Assembly (NCBI GenBank): GCA_013265495.1
Contig: MU058065.1
Span: 5,430,976 to 5,494,975 of the forward strand
Direction of reading: 5' to 3'
From: Vicugna vicugna
Taxonomy: Eukaryota
DNA: 64,000 nt
Position 1 is the first letter of the stretch; the number at the start of each line of letters is the position of its first letter. Shown piece after piece: positions 60,186-64,000 of the stretch. Position numbers and translations under genes: made by a program. The notes beneath the pieces were generated by a model. It saw nothing but the letters and a program-made list of their open reading frames with translations. It was not told the origin of the DNA and did no database searches.

Positions 60186-62479
60186 TCACAATGCAGTGGT
60201 GAGCTTGAGGTGCTGGGAATACTCCGCGGGTTCCTCTTTGTCCCAGCAGTTGTCTCAAAAAAGTGGAAACTGGAAAGACTTCAACAAGCCTTTTTTGTAC
60301 ACACTAGACATTAAAGATGTTGCTACATTTTTTTGACAGCTCTTGAACTTCTCCCATGTTTTATTTCTGCGTTTCATTCCTGATTTTGAATCAGAAGAAT
60401 TAATAAGCAGAAGAATAAGAAGAAAAAGAACTGCTAACCATTCACAAGTATCTTAATATGTGCCAGGCACTGTTCTAGAAGCAATTTTATTTAAGCCCTA
60501 CAACCCTAGGAGTGAGTTACTATTATTATTCCTGTTTTATAAGAGACTTCAACAACCAGGGTGGTTAGTAAGTTACTGTCGCAGAGACCACCAGGAGCCC
60601 CAAAATCCTTTTTCTCTTTCTTCCCTAGTCACAGAACTATAGAAATCAGAGTTGCACTCCTTACCCCTACACTGTTATGGGAACAGGACATAAGCTCTCA
60701 TCCTGCTTGCTGAAGGCTCTGTTATTTTGTGACTGAGTTATAGGAACTGAAGCCAAACCCTCCGGAGCAGAGGCAGAGCTCAAGCAATCCAGGCATCTGA
60801 CCCCAGGACCCATCCCGTCAGCCCCTGCACTACGCTGCATCCCTGGCAACAGAGAGTGTCACAGGAGAATTGGAATCAACACCTTTAGAGCAAGATGGGA
60901 TTATGCTGGTTACACAACTCATTGTTTTGACTGTTTTGAATGCTTTTTCCGGTGAGTCAAACTAGTTAAGCAGACCAGGAAGGGACACTCAGATCCCCTT
61001 GGGTGATGGGGGTTTATTGCAAGGCTACATAGGAAAATGGGGTGTCACAGGAAGTTGCCTCATCGACTCTGTACCCAGTTCTGAGACAGACAGCGACCTC
61101 ATGGAGACTCAGCTCTGACTCAACATCTTTGGGTGGTACAGATCTCAAGTGACCTGCCAGGTTCCTTAGCATTCGCTTTGAAGAGACAATCTGGACAGAT
61201 TCCCACCAGTCAACTAAGCACTTTGATTAAGCAGACGCTTCACCAGGCACCTTCAACATCCGTGGTGTCAAATGCAAACATGGCTGCGTGGGGCTTCAGT
61301 ACCTCTATCTATCCAATGAGCTGTAGCCAGAATAAAAGTTCTTTCCCTCAGACCCATGACCTAAGTCCTATGTGAGATGCAGGAAAGAAGTGGTCGGAGG
61401 TCTGTTATCTGACGGAGGTGACGTGCTCACATCTGCCACTCCGGTACTGAGCATGACTGCTCTCCATTTCAGGGAGAAAGATCCCAGAAAACGGAAGAGA
61501 TTTGCTGAAAATAAAGGAACCAGTTACCTTCCCGCTGACCAGGACTGAGGCTGGTCTGCAACCCCTTGCCCAGGCAGTGCCTGTGGTCATGCTTCTCCCC
61601 TTCTAGAAGCATCCCTTAGATCTCCTGAATTTTGACCTTCGGGTATCTCCAGTACAGCACCTTGTCTTCTGTTTATCCATGACAGCGTTTTCAGCTTCTC
61701 ATCACTTCTGCAGAACACCATTCAGAACTCAACAGACACACTGCATCATACAAAATGAAGAACTGAGGCAATTAGCAGGTTTCTAAAATCCATTTCTGGT
61801 TGAATAGCTAAATAACTCATCGAGTCTCTGTTCTACATGTGCTCTTTTGATGTAAATTTGACTCTGGTGTATCTACTTTTCAATAAAGTCCAGAATTCAA
61901 AACAACCCAACAGAGAAACCCCTCCTGGTATTTCATAGCCTCAGTAATGAAGCTCCTTATTGGATCTAACTTAAATCTCTCTGGGGTTGGCTTAAGTCCT
62001 TTTGTGCCATGCTCTGGAAATACAGAACAGCCAGTGTGCGTGTGTATGTGTGCACGTGCACAAGCACTGAGGGTAGGGGAGCATGGGAGGGAGTATTATA
62101 GTGAAACAGGTACACAGATCTTGATATTAAAGTTTTCTGTTTCTCCAGACTGTCCAGGTGCTTGCTTTTCAAAATCGCACATGGCTTATATCATTATTCT
62201 CGTAATTTAAGAAAAAAATGAAATAAAAGCATAAAGGAAAACCAGCAGCATTTTAAGAGATTTCACTTCTTTTTGATGCTTGTATCCATTTGCTGGGGGC
62301 CAGGAGGAGGTATGAGATTATACAGGGACTCTGGAAACACTTAAAGTTCAGAAAGACCTGCAGTCTCAATCCAAGCTTCTGGACAGAGCAGTGAGGGTGT
62401 AAAAGCAAATGCTGACGGTATTCTCTCCCACATCACACCGGGGTAAGTGGTTTGCCTCCTCCAGGCCCAGCCACCCTCA

Positions 62480-63295
62480 ACCTCTGTGCCTGGGAGACTG
62501 ACCCCACCCGCACAGCATTAAGAGGTTCCCACACCCTCTGGTTTCTGTCTGAGATTGACCGATGGGCAGTGTGGTGGTGAGTTTATGTATCAACTTGGCT
62601 GACTATGATACCTAGATTTTTGGTTAAATAGTATTCTAGATGGATCTATGAAGATGGTTTCTTTCTTTCTTTCTTACTTTTGGGGGGAAGGAGATGAGAT
62701 TAACACTGAAATTGATGGACTTTGAGTAAAGCAGTTTACCCTGCCTGATGTGTGTGGGCCTCGTCCAATCAGTTGAAAGGCCTAAATAAGACAAAGACTC
62801 ACCTCCCACCAGCAAGACTGCCTTTGGACTCGAATTGCAACTCTTCCCTGGGGCTCCAGCCTGCTGGCCTACCTTATCGGATTTTGGACTTGCCAAGTCC
62901 CTACAATCATGTGAGCCAATTCCTTAAAATAATCAATCTGTGTGTGTGTGTGTGTGAGTGTGTGTATACATATCCCACTGCTTCCATTTCTCTGGAGAAC
63001 CCTGGCCAAAACAGGCAGCAATGGCAGGAAATCAGAGACAGGAAGAGAAGCAGGTATTTATTCCCAGCTCCTCTCCTGTGGAGTCACCACGAAGGTCTTC
63101 CCTGGGGACAGGCACTGTCAGGACGCAGCCCTGGCCACCTCTGGGTAAGGCGACCTCCCCCGCCCCTCGCACCATCAGGCCTGGAGGTAATAACCAAGCC
63201 CTGTCTTACTCACCCTGGGGATGCCACTAAACCTTCACGGTTTCTCTTCACTCTGCTCACTGCTTCACAAAGAGCCCTTTTATTAAACTCTCTTT
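62480..63295 (+). mobile_element. LTR33-like ERVL LTR split by MLT2
   Basis: CCCTCTGGTTTCTG...ATGGGCAG|CAATGGCAGGAAATCAGAG...GGTATTTATTCCC...CCCTTTTATTAAACTCTC. Confidence 0.7.
62570..63013 (+). mobile_element. MLT2B-like ERVL solo LTR
   Basis: TG...CA termini; GACTTTGAGTAAAGCAG, CCAATCAGTTGAA, GTGAGCCAATTCCTTAAAATAA, TTTCTCTGGAGAACCCTG; perfect 5-bp TSD GGCAG (62565-62569; 63014-63018). Confidence 0.92.
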
Positions 63296-63329
63296 TATGG
63301 ATTTTTTTATGGTTTTGTATGTATATGTA

Positions 63330-64000
63330 TTTTATTGAAGTATACTCAGCTTACAATGTTGTGTCAGTTTCTGGTGTACAGCATAATGCTTCAGTCATAC
63401 ATGAACATACATATATTTGTTTTCATATTCTTCTTCACCATAAGTTACTACAAGATATCGAATATAGTTCCCTACACTACACAGCATGAACTTGTTGTTT
63501 ATCTATTCTATATATATATAAGTTAGTATCTGCAAATCTCTAACTCCCAATTTATACCCTCCCACCCCAACCCCTGCCCCAGGTAACCACAAGTTTGTTC
63601 TCTATGTCTGAGCATCTGTTTCTGTTTTGCAAATAAGTTCATTTGCCTTTTTTTTTTTAGATTCCACATATAAATGATATCATATGGTATTTTTCTTTCT
63701 CTTTCTGGCTTATTTCACTTAGAATGATAATCTTCAGGTCTATCCATGTTGCTGCAAATGGTATTATTTTATTCTTTTTTAAGGCTAAGTAATATTCCAT
63801 TGTATAAATATACCACAAGTTTTTTATCCAGTCATCTGTCCATGGACATTTAGGTTGTTTCCATGTCTTGGCTATTGTAAACAGTGCTGCTATGAACACT
63901 GGGGTGCATGTATTTTTTTGAATTAAGTTTCCCTCTGCATATATGCCCAAGGGTGGGATTGCTGGATCATATGGCAAATCTATTTTTAGTCTTTTGAGGA
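63330..64000 (-). mobile_element. Camelid-type L1 3' end (continues beyond window)
   Basis: Reverse-strand L1 3' UTR (TTTATTGAAGTATA...TTTCTGGTGTACAGC) plus ORF2 C-terminus; related to the 45171-45685 copy. Confidence 0.92.
63657..63977 (-). pseudogene. L1 ORF2p C-terminal coding remnant
   Basis: PYDPAIPPLGIY...TCTPVFIAALFTIAKTWKQPKCP...MEYY...ISFICGI* is the canonical L1 ORF2 C-terminus; the start is an internal Met. Confidence 0.9.

Noticed and set aside
62752..63489. 245-aa ORF as a protein-coding gene
   Set aside because: It starts at GTG in a GT-rich patch and is assembled from MLT2B, a (TG)n run, LTR33 and antisense L1 3' UTR; no recognisable protein features
1..64000. A novel multi-gene system (defence island, operon, intact ERV or intact L1)
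   Set aside because: No intact gag/pol/env, transposase or full-length L1 ORF, and no recognisable cellular CDS; the window is repeat-rich non-coding mammalian DNA

Overview
This is mammalian nuclear DNA, almost certainly camelid (camel/alpaca/llama). The evidence is a Vic-1-type tRNA-derived SINE at ~42.4 kb and artiodactyl/camelid-type L1 3' ends at ~36.9, ~45.2 and ~63.3 kb. The window looks intronic or intergenic. A large fraction is ancient interspersed repeats: MIR, L2, old L1M, hAT DNA-transposon relics (MER3/5/58/91/112-like), MaLR MLT1 LTRs, and MER21-, MER68-, MER89-, MLT2- and LTR33-like solo LTRs. Many are nested, and several have readable target-site duplications (TSDs). No cellular protein-coding gene could be recognised; the only clear protein homology is L1 ORF1/ORF2 remnants, and almost all ORFs in the track are spurious. 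The most notable non-routine signals are: (1) a repeat-free minus-strand TATA/GT-box/CCAAT promoter-like region with a candidate long first exon at ~12.0-12.9 kb; (2) a 100-bp patchwork of direct and inverted templated copies inside a MER21 LTR that builds a GATA-site cluster; (3) an imperfect ~52-nt hairpin in a repeat-free block at 46.8 kb; (4) an 85-nt minus-strand candidate exon at 47.6 kb; and (5) several enhancer-like blocks. I cannot support a claim of a new multi-gene biological system here. Repeat family names were assigned from recalled consensus sequences, not a database search, and boundaries without TSDs are approximate.
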